Source: Cyanophora paradoxa CCMP329 | Lineage: Eukaryota; Plantae; Glaucophyta | NCBI GenBank assembly: GCA_004431415.1 | Contig: QPMI01000010.1 | Location: 62,001-126,000, forward strand | Length of the DNA stretch: 64,000 nt | Direction: 5' to 3' | Shown: positions 1 to 11,411 of the stretch, piece after piece | Position numbering within the stretch: position 1 is the first letter of the stretch | How the letters are laid out: each line of letters opens with the position of its first letter | The notes under the pieces: generated by a model | What the model saw: the letters and a program-made list of their open reading frames with translations, nothing else | What the model was told of the DNA's origin: nothing | The model's database searches: none | Program-made: the position numbers and the translations under genes

Positions 1-469
1 AACCCCCCTCAGGACAAGGGCGCCTACAGAGAGGACCGATGTATAAGCGAGGATGAGGTCGAAGCGGCTGAGCCTGAACTATAGCCCTCAATTTGGCAGG
101 AAGAAGCGCACTAAGAGAGCAAGGCCGACTAACCCCAGGGAGGGCCGGAAACCGGAGCCCGTGAGAGCCCGGGTGAAAACCGGCGGGCGCACAGCATCGC
201 CGGCCGCAGCCGGCGACCTGTGCTCCTCGGCCGAGAGATACCTCCTCCAGCTGGCGCGCGCGCGCGCGGAGTCCGCTGCGGCGGGGTTGGGAGGCCCGGG
301 CCGCCCGAGTGCTCAGAAGCACGTCGCCTCGCCAGGAATCCAAGCATCTGTGCGGCCGCGACGCCCACGGCCGCGACGCGGGCGTGCACTCACACGACCG
401 ACGATCATCTGCGCGGGCGCAGCGCAGGTCGCCGGCCCCATAGCCGCGGGCGGCCGATCGCTGCCGCAG

Positions 470-874
470 AGAAGTGCTTGGGCTGAACGAGAGAGCAGCT
501 GCTGAAGCCGCCGCTGGTGTCCGCTGGAGTAGCTCGCCGAACCGACCCACGGAGCGGATTCCTAACGGACGCGCGGCTAACCAGCTAGAGGAGGGCTAAA
601 GGCACCGCCGAGGCGATTCGCGGCAGCCGGAGAGGCGCCCAGCGGGCAGGAGCCCGCTACCTACTTTCTCTCCAGGTCGGGGTACGCGAATCCCCCCCAG
701 CAGGGCACCGCCCCGGGGCAGTACGGAGGCCGCGGTGGGGGTGGGGGTGGCCGCGGGGGGCGAGGCCGTGGAGGTGGCCAGGGCGGCCACGGGGGCCATG
801 CCCCGCGGGGCGGCCACGGGCACGGGTACGGCGGCAGCCAGCAGGATTACGGAGGACAGGGCTTCTACGAGTAG
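470..874 (+). CDS. Putative 3' exons of gag-like ORF with Gly/Arg/Tyr-rich tail
   Basis: Frame-2 segment reads ...SGYANPPQQGTAPGQYGGRGGGGGGRGGRGRGGGQGGHGG...YGGQGFYE* (TAG 872-874). A GT..CTAAC..CAG intron at 517-584 joins it in frame to EVLGLNERAAAEAAA. Located immediately 5' of pol. Confidence 0.5.
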
Positions 875-3524
875 TACTAGCAGTTGCCCTGCCTCGGACC
901 CGCGGTCCCGACGGCCGGGCTTGTCGCTGCCCCCAGCGACACGCCCCCGCCTCGCGCCGCCGGCTTTCCTGCTGTCTCGCTTAGACGCAGGCAGGGCCGT
1001 CGAGCTGCAGTTTTGTTTCCCCCTTGTAGACCTCATCAGCATCTCCCCTTATGCAGCCCTCCGGCGCTGCCCACGCGCTCCAACAGACGGGGGCCCGGAG
1101 CTAGACCGCCTGCGGGCACTTGTAAAGGCACATGGGCCGCAGCCCCCATACGACTTTGCACGTCACAAAGCCGCTTTCAGGGCGGGCCAGCTGCAAGAGG
1201 CAGCGGCCGAGTGGCGCCGTCGCTTCCGGGCAGCAGGCATTGAGGTACCGGCACGCGTGATGCTGTGGCTGGAGCAAGGCTTCAAAATTCCGCTGCTCCG
1301 CCCCGGCACCCCGGCAACCGCCCGCTGGGACCCGGCCAATGCGGCCACACCGGAGGACATACCGCCTTTCTGCGAGCGCAACCGCCCCTCGTGTTTCATT
1401 GAGGTCGACGGCGCGAGCGCGCGCGAGTTCATCGACCGCGACGTCCTCGAGGACGAGTCCATCGGGGTGATTGACGAAATACACCCCCCCATGTGGCCGC
1501 CGCCCGCGCATTACTCGGCGCTGCACGCGGTTCCCAAGAAGGGGGCGGATCGCTTCCGTCGGTGCCTAGATGCCCGGCGCATAAACGAGTTCATTCACCT
1601 CCGCCGTTTTCGGTATCAAACGCTTGATGACGTCCTCGCGATCATTCGGAGCCTTCGAGGCCTCGATCTGTACCTCCTCGCGTACGATCTGCGCAAGGGA
1701 TATTACCACATTGCCCTGGCGCGCATCACGGCCATCGTGCTGGTCTTTGCTTGGACCTTCCTGAATGGCATCACGCGCGTTTTCCGTTACAACGCCTTGC
1801 CCTTCGGCGTCGCGCTCGCGTGTTACGTGTTCACGAAAGTGATGCGGGCTTTCGCCAAGTATTGGGCTGCCTTGAAGGTCCTCCTGGGCACGTACCTCGA
1901 CGACGGCCTCTTCATCTGCCGCTCGTTAGAGGAGGCGCTTCTGGTGTCCGAACACCTTCGGTGGCTCGCCCCACTCCTGCGCCTCACCTTTTCGGATAAA
2001 GGACATGTCGATGCGCCGACCCGGCTGCTCATTTACCTCGGTCTCGGCATTGACGTCGGGCGCGGCGAGTGCTTCCTCCCGCCCAAGAAGCTCGATAAGC
2101 TCCTCGGCGTGCTTGTGCCTCTCGTGGGCAAGGCGGCGGCCCCCGCGCGAACCCTGCAGAGTATTGCAGGCTCGCTGAATGCAGCCCGGCATGCCGTCGT
2201 GGGTGCACGGCTCGTGGCTCGCCCGCTCACGAACGCGGTCGCTCAGGCGGAGACCCTTGGGTCCGGCAGCGCGGCAGTCGTCCCGCTGAATGCTCTGGCC
2301 CGCCGTGCAATCCGCTGGCTGGCAGAGTACCTGCCGCTTGCCCCCCCTGCGCCCCTTTGGCGACCCGAACAGGCGTATCGCTTGTTCACCGATGCGTCCG
2401 GTCTGGGTTACTGCGCGGCGCTCGATGCGCGCCCCTGCGCGTCCCCCGATTCGCTGGACGCCGCCCCCTGCCGCTCGATCTTTGGCACGTGGCCAGAGGA
2501 CATCCGGGGCGAAGATAACAGCTGGCGCGAACTGAGGGCCGTCGTGATTGCCGCCTCCGAGCTCTTTCCCCTCGTCCGCGGCTCGCACATCCTCGTGCGC
2601 TGCGATAATTCCTCGGCTGTGGCAGCCGCGGTTCGCGGAAGCCTGTCGGAAGGAATGATGGACCTCGCGTTGCGCCTTTTCGGCCTTTGTGCTCAAGCGG
2701 GCGTCACGCTTGATGTGCTGCATATCGCCGGCCGACGCAACGTCCTTGCGGACGCCGGCTCACGCACTCGCCGACCTACGCTGCACTCGGGCCTCGCGCG
2801 GCGCATTCGCCACTGGTGCGATGGGACCACCTGGCCGCACGTACACGTGGCATCGCGGCACGACGCCCCGTTTGACGGATCCGCACGCACCCCTGCGCTG
2901 TACACCGTCGATGCACGGCTGCGCTCGGAGTTCCTCGCCTGGCTCTGCACGCATGGCAGCGGCTCTGCCTGGTTGGTCCCGTACCTGCCCGGCACGTCCT
3001 CCTGGCTGGCGCTGCAGCTTGCAGCGTCCCAGCGAGGCTGGTTCCTGCAGGCGCTCCCTGCAGAGTGGCGCCTTCCGCGGGACTTGTTCTTTGCGGAGGG
3101 CACCGGGGGGGCCGGTGGGGTCGGGCTAGGAGCCTCCCCGTGGCCCCTGTACCTCTGCGTCGCGAGCGACGCTGACTGGGTGCTGGGCCGGCCGCAGGGC
3201 GCTTCTTCGCCCCGCACTTCGCCCCCCCACCCGTCCCCTTCGGCGGCTACTGGCCCTACGGCCCCGGCGGCTACTACCACGCAGCCCTCCCGGCGCCCGC
3301 GCCATCGCCGCCGCCGACCGGTCTCCGGACCATCGCCAGCCCAGGACGCAACCCTGGGACTGCCAGCGCCGGGCGTGCGGACCCAGGCTCCACCGTTGGC
3401 GCAGTCGCTGCCCCAACTGGGGCGCCAGCCAGCAGCGCTCCCGTCCCGCAGCCTCGAGCTCGACCCGTGGGCGCCGGCGGCGCAGCCGGTGCCCGCACGG
3501 CTCACGCCGCACGGCCGGAGCTGA
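735..3524 (+). CDS. Pol: reverse transcriptase + RNase H + degenerate methyltransferase-like tail
   Basis: RT motifs VPKKG..RRCLDAR, YDLRKGYYHI, LPFG, YLDD; RNase H motifs FTDASGLG, WRELRAV, RCDNSSAV, NVLADAGSR. Confidence 0.95.
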   Translation: MGVGVAAGGEAVEVARAATGAMPRGAATGTGTAAASRITEDRASTSSTSSCPASDPRSRRPGLSLPPATRPRLAPPAFLLSRLDAGRAVELQFCFPLVDLISISPYAALRRCPRAPTDGGPELDRLRALVKAHGPQPPYDFARHKAAFRAGQLQEAAAEWRRRFRAAGIEVPARVMLWLEQGFKIPLLRPGTPATARWDPANAATPEDIPPFCERNRPSCFIEVDGASAREFIDRDVLEDESIGVIDEIHPPMWPPPAHYSALHAVPKKGADRFRRCLDARRINEFIHLRRFRYQTLDDVLAIIRSLRGLDLYLLAYDLRKGYYHIALARITAIVLVFAWTFLNGITRVFRYNALPFGVALACYVFTKVMRAFAKYWAALKVLLGTYLDDGLFICRSLEEALLVSEHLRWLAPLLRLTFSDKGHVDAPTRLLIYLGLGIDVGRGECFLPPKKLDKLLGVLVPLVGKAAAPARTLQSIAGSLNAARHAVVGARLVARPLTNAVAQAETLGSGSAAVVPLNALARRAIRWLAEYLPLAPPAPLWRPEQAYRLFTDASGLGYCAALDARPCASPDSLDAAPCRSIFGTWPEDIRGEDNSWRELRAVVIAASELFPLVRGSHILVRCDNSSAVAAAVRGSLSEGMMDLALRLFGLCAQAGVTLDVLHIAGRRNVLADAGSRTRRPTLHSGLARRIRHWCDGTTWPHVHVASRHDAPFDGSARTPALYTVDARLRSEFLAWLCTHGSGSAWLVPYLPGTSSWLALQLAASQRGWFLQALPAEWRLPRDLFFAEGTGGAGGVGLGASPWPLYLCVASDADWVLGRPQGASSPRTSPPHPSPSAATGPTAPAATTTQPSRRPRHRRRRPVSGPSPAQDATLGLPAPGVRTQAPPLAQSLPQLGRQPAALPSRSLELDPWAPAAQPVPARLTPHGRS

Positions 3525-4582
3525 GCGCGCCCCCGCCACGGCCGCCCCCCTCACAGCGCGTCCGTTCGCTGCTGGCGAGTGCCCGGGCGACCCAGGCGGC
3601 CTCCATCCAGGGCACAACCCGTGCCAAGTACGACGTCTGGTGGGGCTGGTACCTGGCCTTCTGCGGGGGCGAGCTCGACCCTGTTGAGTCGGACTCGCTC
3701 CTTGCCTTTGCCGCCCACCTGGAGAGTGAGGGCAAGAAGGCAGCGTACCTTGCCAAGATCCTCTCGGGCATTCGTTGGCAGCTGGCGGCACGGGGCCTGG
3801 AGCCCCCGCCCCCCTCCACGACCCGCCTCTTCCTGCGTGGGGCCGCGCAGCGGAACCCGCAGACGACGCAGCAGGCTACCCCCCTCGAGTCGTCGATGCT
3901 CGATACCTGGCTGCGGTCTCCCGCCCTGGCGTCGAAGCCAGTGGCAGCGGCCCTAGCCGACGTGGCGATGGTATTGATCGGCATCGCCTGCCTGCTTCGG
4001 AGCGAGCAGGTCCTCCACCTCCGCCACTGCGACGTCGTCGCGCTCATCGGCACCCCGGGTTTCGATTTCTCCTTCCCGTGGGAGAAGACCAACCCTGGCG
4101 CCTTGAAGCCGGCACGTGTCGTGCGCGTCCTGGACCCGCCACCGCGGCCCCCCGGGCAGCCCCGCGGCCGCCTGTGGGACTTCGCCCCCGCCGTCCGGGC
4201 CTATCTGGCACGATTCCCGCCCGCGGTCCGGTTGTCCACCGACCTCCTCTTTCGCGGCGCGGACGGCCTCCCCGTGACGTATGATTACATCAACGGGCTC
4301 ATTAAGGAGGTGGCGGCCGCCTCAGGCGCTCAGGGCAGCTGGACGTCCCACACACTCCGCCGCACGGGTGCCACCCTGGCAGCCCTTGGCGGCGCCACGA
4401 CGCGCGAGCTCCGCGTCCTTGGCGGCTGGTCCCACCGCAGCACCACCGCCGAGCAGTATGTCGATGCCGCAGTGGTCCTCTCCGGCCGGGGCAGTGCCTA
4501 CATGACGGCCGGCGCCGGGCTGACCTTACCTCTCGCGATCGGCGCCGGCCGCGCCGCCAGCGCCGGCGCCCCGCGCCTGTGA
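3467..4582 (+). CDS. Tyrosine recombinase (frame open from 3176)
   Basis: Catalytic set R (CLLRSEQ), K (WEKTN), HxxR (SHTLRRTG), GGW, Y (AEQYV); N-terminal SAM-like TTRAKYDVWW. Confidence 0.95.
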   Translation: MGAGGAAGARTAHAARPELSAPPPRPPPSQRVRSLLASARATQAASIQGTTRAKYDVWWGWYLAFCGGELDPVESDSLLAFAAHLESEGKKAAYLAKILSGIRWQLAARGLEPPPPSTTRLFLRGAAQRNPQTTQQATPLESSMLDTWLRSPALASKPVAAALADVAMVLIGIACLLRSEQVLHLRHCDVVALIGTPGFDFSFPWEKTNPGALKPARVVRVLDPPPRPPGQPRGRLWDFAPAVRAYLARFPPAVRLSTDLLFRGADGLPVTYDYINGLIKEVAAASGAQGSWTSHTLRRTGATLAALGGATTRELRVLGGWSHRSTTAEQYVDAAVVLSGRGSAYMTAGAGLTLPLAIGAGRAASAGAPRL

Positions 4583-5128
4583 TCACGAGCTCGAGCCCGT
4601 AGCCACGGCCACCGGGCCACTGCAGCTGTATGTGCACGTACGCCACAGTACAGCATGCACATACGCACGTGATCATGATCGCAGTGTACATATAGGTGCT
4701 CGCGTAGCACTCGGGCCCGTGCCCGGCGCTAGCACTCGCGCTATAGATCTCTGGCCGCCGGGCTGACGGCGACTCGATCACGTCACATTTGAATTCTCGC
4801 TGCCCGAGGTGTATACGTAAACTTGGGTAGATCTAGCGATAGATAAATCACACGAGGCCCAGAGCCACTCGCTAGAGTCACTGAGTACTGGGCCGGTCAA
4901 GATCTCGCGCCCGAGCCGCACTCGAGCTCAGTGAAACGTATATTGCGTACGACTGCTAACTAAATACGTATACGTGCCCAACTACGCATAAATATCCATA
5001 CATATTAATATTCAGATCTAGAGTGCTATTGACTGGCCGCCTGGCATATATATACGTCTGCCAGACAATTTATGTCTATATATCTGTATACAGCGAGAGG
5101 TGTGATGCTGGCCCGGGTAACCTGCCTG

Positions 5129-5701
5129 GCCGGCCGGGCGGTACAGCGTACCTCCGGCTATCACCCATCATTGCTCAATTATTGTAGACGTATAGTATGC
5201 TTCTTGAGTGCGCGCCAGGAGGGCCGACCAGCCCCGGCCGGGAAACATGCAGTGAGGGAACGGTCACCCCGTTTCTTCCCTCCTGCCCCGTGCCGGAAAA
5301 AGATCTGGTCGCTTTTCCCTCCTGGCCGCGCAGCGGCACACCGGGGCGATGAGATACTCGCCCCGGGGGCTCGCCTATGCTGAGCCTGATCACGAGGCGT
5401 CGTCCTCTCTTTTCTCCCCCGCGCCATTCCCGTGGATCGTGCACGTGCGCGCACGCGCGCCGTGACGTCGATCCCGTGAGTGAAAGCGATAGGCGCAAAT
5501 GTTATTGTGTCAACCAATGAGGCCGCACGAGTGAGCGCCCGGCGGCGCTGGCGCATGCCAGCGCTCGGCAATGACAAGCCGGAGTTTGCCAAGTAATATT
5601 AGCGCTCGCTCGCGGCGGCCGACGCGGCCGTGGATAGATATACGGCAGTGCCCTAAGGGAGGCGGCGCGCGAGCCCGGCAGCTGGCGCGCAGAAGGAGAG
5701 A
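5129..5701 (+). repeat. Split direct repeat B1
   Basis: Appears identical to 6291-6863 (offset 1162); the ORF track gives identical translations for both copies. Confidence 0.95.
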
Positions 5702-6290
5702 TAATAGATTACGCTGCAAAGCGTGATCAGTTTCTCTCCGCCGGAGCGCGCTGCCGGGGCCGCGCCCTTACCTCCGGGGTACAGCCTGCGCACGGCCGCC
5801 CACAGTACCCCCACTTTCTTTTCGGCTTCGCGTTAGTTGCAGCTTCGCGGCCCGCCCGCCTCTCCCGGAACTTCGGAAGCCACGATCGCGATTAACTGGC
5901 CTGGAGCACCGGCAGGTGCCGGGCTATTTTTCCGAATTTTTTTTCAACGTTAACCCAACGATACGGTCTAGCGATAAGAATTAATCGGGGGAGGGGACCC
6001 GGAAACTCACGGCCGCAGGTCGGTTCTGGAAATTAATCGGTCTGGATGCTTGGATCCAGGGCCCACCCCCCCCTCGTTTTCCGTTGCTAAGTAGGGCACG
6101 GGGGAGAGAAGCTTTTTCATCAATGGGTGCGGGCGGCACGCTGGAGGGGCGTGCGCTCTGTTCTGCCTTGGGCGCACCCGGTCGGGGGCGGGGAAACCGT
6201 CATGCCCCCGATCCCTTTCTATTTTCGCTGGGACGAACAGGCGGAGGGGCCGTTCGTTTCCACCGTTTTTACGGCCCCACATTCCTATGT

Positions 6291-6863
6291 GCCGGCCGGG
6301 CGGTACAGCGTACCTCCGGCTATCACCCATCATTGCTCAATTATTGTAGACGTATAGTATGCTTCTTGAGTGCGCGCCAGGAGGGCCGACCAGCCCCGGC
6401 CGGGAAACATGCAGTGAGGGAACGGTCACCCCGTTTCTTCCCTCCTGCCCCGTGCCGGAAAAAGATCTGGTCGCTTTTCCCTCCTGGCCGCGCAGCGGCA
6501 CACCGGGGCGATGAGATACTCGCCCCGGGGGCTCGCCTATGCTGAGCCTGATCACGAGGCGTCGTCCTCTCTTTTCTCCCCCGCGCCATTCCCGTGGATC
6601 GTGCACGTGCGCGCACGCGCGCCGTGACGTCGATCCCGTGAGTGAAAGCGATAGGCGCAAATGTTATTGTGTCAACCAATGAGGCCGCACGAGTGAGCGC
6701 CCGGCGGCGCTGGCGCATGCCAGCGCTCGGCAATGACAAGCCGGAGTTTGCCAAGTAATATTAGCGCTCGCTCGCGGCGGCCGACGCGGCCGTGGATAGA
6801 TATACGGCAGTGCCCTAAGGGAGGCGGCGCGCGAGCCCGGCAGCTGGCGCGCAGAAGGAGAGA
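6291..6863 (+). repeat. Split direct repeat B2 (3' terminus of retrotransposon)
   Basis: Copy of 5129-5701; similarity ends at ...agaaggagaga. Confidence 0.95.
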
Positions 6864-7336
6864 CTGACTTTGACTGACAGTGACTGAACCCAGCTCTACT
6901 AAGTATTCGAGACATGCCAGGCTGAAGAAATTAAATTAAAACCGTTGAACCGCCCGCGCTAACGAGGCTAACGGCGTCTGACACCTGCCAAGCCTGACGC
7001 GTTGAACCGCCCGCGCTAACGAGGCTAACGGCGACTGGGTCGACGTCAGGGGCCCAGGGCCCGGGCTGGATCCCGGAGCCTGACTGAACCGGGCCAGCAG
7101 TGCCCACTGCCCACTGCCCAGCACTACTCACGTACGGGTACCGTAGTACCGCGGCCGGTAGGCGGCGGTAGCCTTACTACTAAGTTACTAGGTATAGCCC
7201 GCGCCTAGTAGACTAGTAGTGTGACGTCAGTGACGTCACCTCTGTGACACGTACGTGACACGTACTACTGGAGTTACAGTGGAGTACGGTACTTAGTACA
7301 TGGTACCCGGTAAGGTTCGGGTCCGTTACCGCCGAC

Positions 7337-7817
7337 TTACCGGCCAAAAAAGGATCAAAACGCAGTTTAACGCACAGTGGCGTCGCACACACCTTAAAAA
7401 GAACGTTGACGTTGAAAACAGGCTTTTTCAGTCAAAGGAAAAAAACGCGTACGGCTTGTTGCAATTGGCCGCTAAACGGTACTGTGACGTCGACTGGTCC
7501 CGCTTTAAAATTTGTCCGGCGGATCGAAAGGCAGATCGCCATTGGTTTGAACTCCGCCGGATGAGCTCGCGATCGCGATCGGGTCTTGACTCTTGCAGTG
7601 AATCGGTCCATCGGCCCGTTACCGGCCGAAAAAGGATGAAATTATAAAAACATTAATTGAAAAGCACACACAAAAAAGGACGTCAAAACGGACTTTTTCT
7701 CAGTAAAAGGAAAAAATACGCGTCCGGCTTGTTGGCCCGGCCGCTGAACGGTACTGGTCCCGGTTTGTCCGGCGGATCGAAAGGCAGATCGCCATTGGTT
7801 TTCAACTCCGCCGGATG
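7337..7817. repeat. Imperfect tandem duplication of a ~200-280-bp unit
   Basis: ttaccggcc(a/g)aaaaaggat at ~7337 and ~7619; tttgtccggcggatcgaaaggcagatcgccattggttt at ~7511 and ~7764. Confidence 0.75.
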
Positions 7818-7864
7818 CATATGAGCTTGGGGTTGTCAACTCCGGGATCCGCCGGATGAGCTAT

Positions 7865-8120
7865 TACCGCGCCACAATTACCGTGTATAAACTATAATCA
7901 ACGCGCCACAATTTACCGCGTTCGAATTCTACAATTTCTGCGCCGGTATATATAATTATAAGCGCTTCATGATGAGCGCGGTACGTATACCAAATTACCG
8001 CGCTAGCGCTTTCATCAAATCGCCCAAGAAAAGTGTTAGCAAATTAATTTTTAAAAGGCAATTAATTACTGCGCTACCACATTAATTACCACGTTCTAAA
8101 ACTTTTGAGCGCGGTAATTA
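7865..8120. mobile_element. Degenerate copy of 'attaccgcg'-motif MITE family
   Basis: Similar in reverse orientation to 27830-28073; repeated attaccgcg motifs. Confidence 0.55.
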
Positions 8121-8220
8121 AATATAATATGGTGACATGTGACATATGCATGCTGCCGGGATCGAAGAGTTTTCCGAATTCGAAGCTGAAGCCTGATCGA
8201 AGTTACTGTAGTCTGTAGAA

Positions 8221-8624
8221 TAGGTTTACCGTACCGACAATGGTCCGACATGTCGAAGCTCCGACATTCGGTTCGACATTTCGAATGTCGGTGGTACGAT
8301 GTCGGCGAGGGTGACCGAATGACCGGAAATATTAATATAAATAATGCATTTCAATGCATTTCTCGCCCCCTCCATGCCGTCGCCGGCCCGTCGGGCGCCC
8401 GTCGCTCACCTAGAACCCACGCGTGGGGAATAACTTGCTTAGAATAACTTCCTGCAGCGCCAGAAGCCTTAATTTATAATTTAAGGCGCATTCTGCTGGC
8501 GGAGATGACCCCTACCCCCCCCCCCCCCCCTCTGTCGGATCGCACCGATATCCAACCGACGTCCATTCGACAATGTCAATGTCGGAAGGTGGGTGACCGA
8601 CAGTTCCGACATACGGTAGCCCTA
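8221..8624. mobile_element. Non-autonomous hAT-like MITE
   Basis: TIRs TAGGTTTACCGTA / TACGGTAGCCCTA (11/13 match); 8-bp TSD CTGTAGAA at 8213-8220 and 8625-8632; subterminal tccgaca/tgtcgg motifs. Confidence 0.88.
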
Positions 8625-8645
8625 CTGTAGAATCAGTGTAGAATC

Positions 8646-8884
8646 ACTGTAGTTCCACAAAGTTAGGCGTCGCTTTTCATAGCCTTAGACGTTTGCCCAC
8701 CCATCATGATAGACGTTAACGTTCACAAAGATATATCGATAGACGAGCTGCTGGTCGCTCCATACAAGCGTTACTATGGTATACCCCCTTTAGGGACAGT
8801 TAGACGGGGATTAAGTTAGACGAATGGGTGAACTCGTCTATCCGCGCCTATCATTGTGTACGCCTAACTTTGTGGATCCACAGT
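8646..8884. mobile_element. MITE with ~25-bp TIRs (possibly Tc1/mariner-type)
   Basis: actgtagttccacaaagttaggcgt ... acgcctaactttgtggatccacagt. Confidence 0.75.
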
Positions 8885-9495
8885 AGTTCAAGTTACAAGC
8901 TATCAGCAATTTGCAAACGTTCAACGGTTCACGATCGCGATTCAATTGTAATCCCTCGTCACCGAAACGAATTTTTAATTTTCGAATTCGAAGATTCTAG
9001 ATCCTAGGATCCCCCGCCGGCACCGCGCGGCTTGGGGCCTCGACTCCGGCGAGCTCGCGCTCGCGATCGCCCGACTCGGCGAGTCGACGTCGTCTGACTC
9101 GCCTAGCTCCCAGGATCCGGAGTCCCAGCAGACTTGGAGCTCTTTCCAAGATAGCCGCAGCAGACTTCAAAAGCGGTCAACGCAAGAGCGGCTTCCAGTC
9201 CAAAGTTCCCAATTGCAAGTTCCAGAGCAGCCGCACTTTAGCTTCAAGGCTTGTGCTTGCAGCCTTCGACTCGCTTCAGGTTCGTGGTAATATAAAAGCG
9301 CAAGCCTCAGATCCTAGATCTAGAGAAGCAGAGGGCCCGGGATTCACGACCAGGCAACGTTAACGCCGCGCGCGGCCGGCACGCGCGTATACTTACGCTC
9401 AAACTATAGCTAGCTATAGCTAGCGCTATAGTAACGCAAACATTAACGCTTTCGTGCTTTCTCAGGAAGCAAAAGTTCAAGTCTCGATCGACATC

Positions 9496-11085
9496 ATGGG
9501 CACTGGTGCGCGAGTCGAATCAGCATTCTTCGTCAGCGCATACTTATATATTGCGTGCACGCGCACGCGCACGATCAAAATAAATCAGTCTACTCCTGCT
9601 ACTACAATTCCGGCTGCTCAGGCGGCGTGATCCCGTCCGGAGAGGGCCAAGTCCTGCATCAGTACCTTGCGGAGAATCATTGCAAGGCGCTCGGAGCCAA
9701 GTCCTACGTCGACTACGTCTCGAATAATTGCTACGAACTTCCGCAGCCCGCAGTGCTCCCCAAGTTGGGCGACAAGTTCACCATCCAAGAGGTGCGTGCA
9801 CGTGCGGGCTCGCTCGCATCTATCTATGCGCTATAGCTGATTAAATATTATAGTTTCCGGAATTCCGCTCTGATCATGATGGCATGATATATATATCGAT
9901 CGATATCGCGACCTGACCGTTGGAACTCGGAATCCGAATTCTGCCGCAGAACGCCTCTGGCAAGTGCCTGTACTTCGATGAGACCCAGAAGGACGCGTGG
10001 GGAGACTGGGCCCTCAAAGCCGCCACCTGCGACCCCAAGGCCGGTGCGCAATATGTTTTTATCGCGATTGGCTTCATGAATCTGTGTATGCGGATGCTGC
10101 TGTTATATTAACATTTGTCTTCGCACCATGGCCAGCCAACCTCGAGGCCAAATTCCTGTGGACGTACAACGACCTCACAGGCGCCGACGGCGACAACCTC
10201 GAGTCTCAGGGCTGGCACGGCATCGGCAACAGCAATCGCATCCCCGACCTGCCGAACTTCTGCAGCAGCAACTGCGGCGGCATGTGGCCGAGTGGGCATC
10301 TCATTCGCGGCTGGCACACGCAGACCAACGATCCCGATGGCCGCGTCAAGTGAGCCAGCTCATACTATTATTTAAAATTAAACTATATATAGTTTCAAGT
10401 TTGTGTGGGAGAGACTACGCGTCACGGCGTACGCGTACACATACGGCGTACACCCCCCGGACCCTCCCTTAAGCTTAAAGATCTAGACCATCGCATGCGC
10501 ACCTCGTTCATATGCATGGCCAGCAATATCAATTTATATATTAATGTTTTTACGCGTGCGTGAAGGTGGGTGGAGGACTCCAGCCTTGTGCCAGTGACGG
10601 ACGGCGGCGTGGCGGTCAAGATCAGCACGACGGACGTCAGCAACGCGGCGGGCTTCTGGCACTACAACAGCGGCGCGCAGCAGATCGAGGCGCGCAACGC
10701 AGACGGGACCTCGAGCCAGGTCTTCACCGTCCGCGTCCGCCTCCTCGACGATGCGGCCCAGGCCGTCGACGTCGAGGACGACGACGCTGTCGATTTCGTG
10801 CGCACGCATGCTTAACTGCTCAATTGGCGCCGCTTAACGCATGCTTAATATTAATCGCTTAATTTCGTGCGCACGCATGCTTAATGCTTAACGACGCCGT
10901 CGATTTCGCACGACGCCGCTTGCAGATTGCTTAATTGAGCGGCTCACGGCTCATAGAATTTAATTTCGCTTGAGCTCACGCTGGCCCTTTTCCCCGCGCA
11001 GGCTGAAGAGGAGGCGGAGGCGGATGCGCAGGAGGCCGTCCTCATCGAGGCCTTCGCCGCCGACGAGTGCCTCCCCGTTGCGTGA
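9496..11085 (+). CDS. Multi-exon protein (~280 aa) with ricin-B/beta-trefoil-like segment and acidic tail
   Basis: GT-AG exons join to MGTVYSCYYNSGC...FTIQENASGKCLYFD...ALKAATCDP...KFLW...DECLPVA*; SGKCL..C..W resembles ricin-B repeats. Confidence 0.6.
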
Positions 11086-11411
11086 TCATCGGATAATGCC
11101 GTGGTGAGACGGGCGCCTCGGACCGGAGGCCCTGAGGGGCTCATGATCAATCGCCGAGTCGTGGCCCCCGGCGCCGGCCACCTATAGCTAGGATATCACG
11201 TTGAAGCCCACGTCGAGCTCGTGGCCTGTCAGGATCATTCAATGATTTGCCCGGCCCGCTCCTATCGATGTCCGCGCGACGTTTTGTAATTTGTGGTTGC
11301 AATCTTATCGATTATGATCAAGATTTCAAATCCATATCAACCATTCGAATCTCTAGAGGGGGCATGCGCAGGGCAGCTCCGGGCGGGTCCGGACGAAGCA
11401 CGGGATGGGCG

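Larger units (their letters stand above)
1..6863 (+). mobile_element. Tyrosine-recombinase (DIRS-order) retrotransposon with split direct repeats (PAT/Ngaro-type); 5' end lies upstream of the window
   Basis: RT-RNaseH ORF followed by an overlapping YR ORF, then a B1-spacer-B2 arrangement of identical 573-bp direct repeats ending at 6863. Confidence 0.92.

Noticed and set aside
5129-6863. LTR pair of a small LTR element
   Set aside because: No TG..CA ends or TSD; both repeats lie 3' of a YR-encoding element, fitting split direct repeats.
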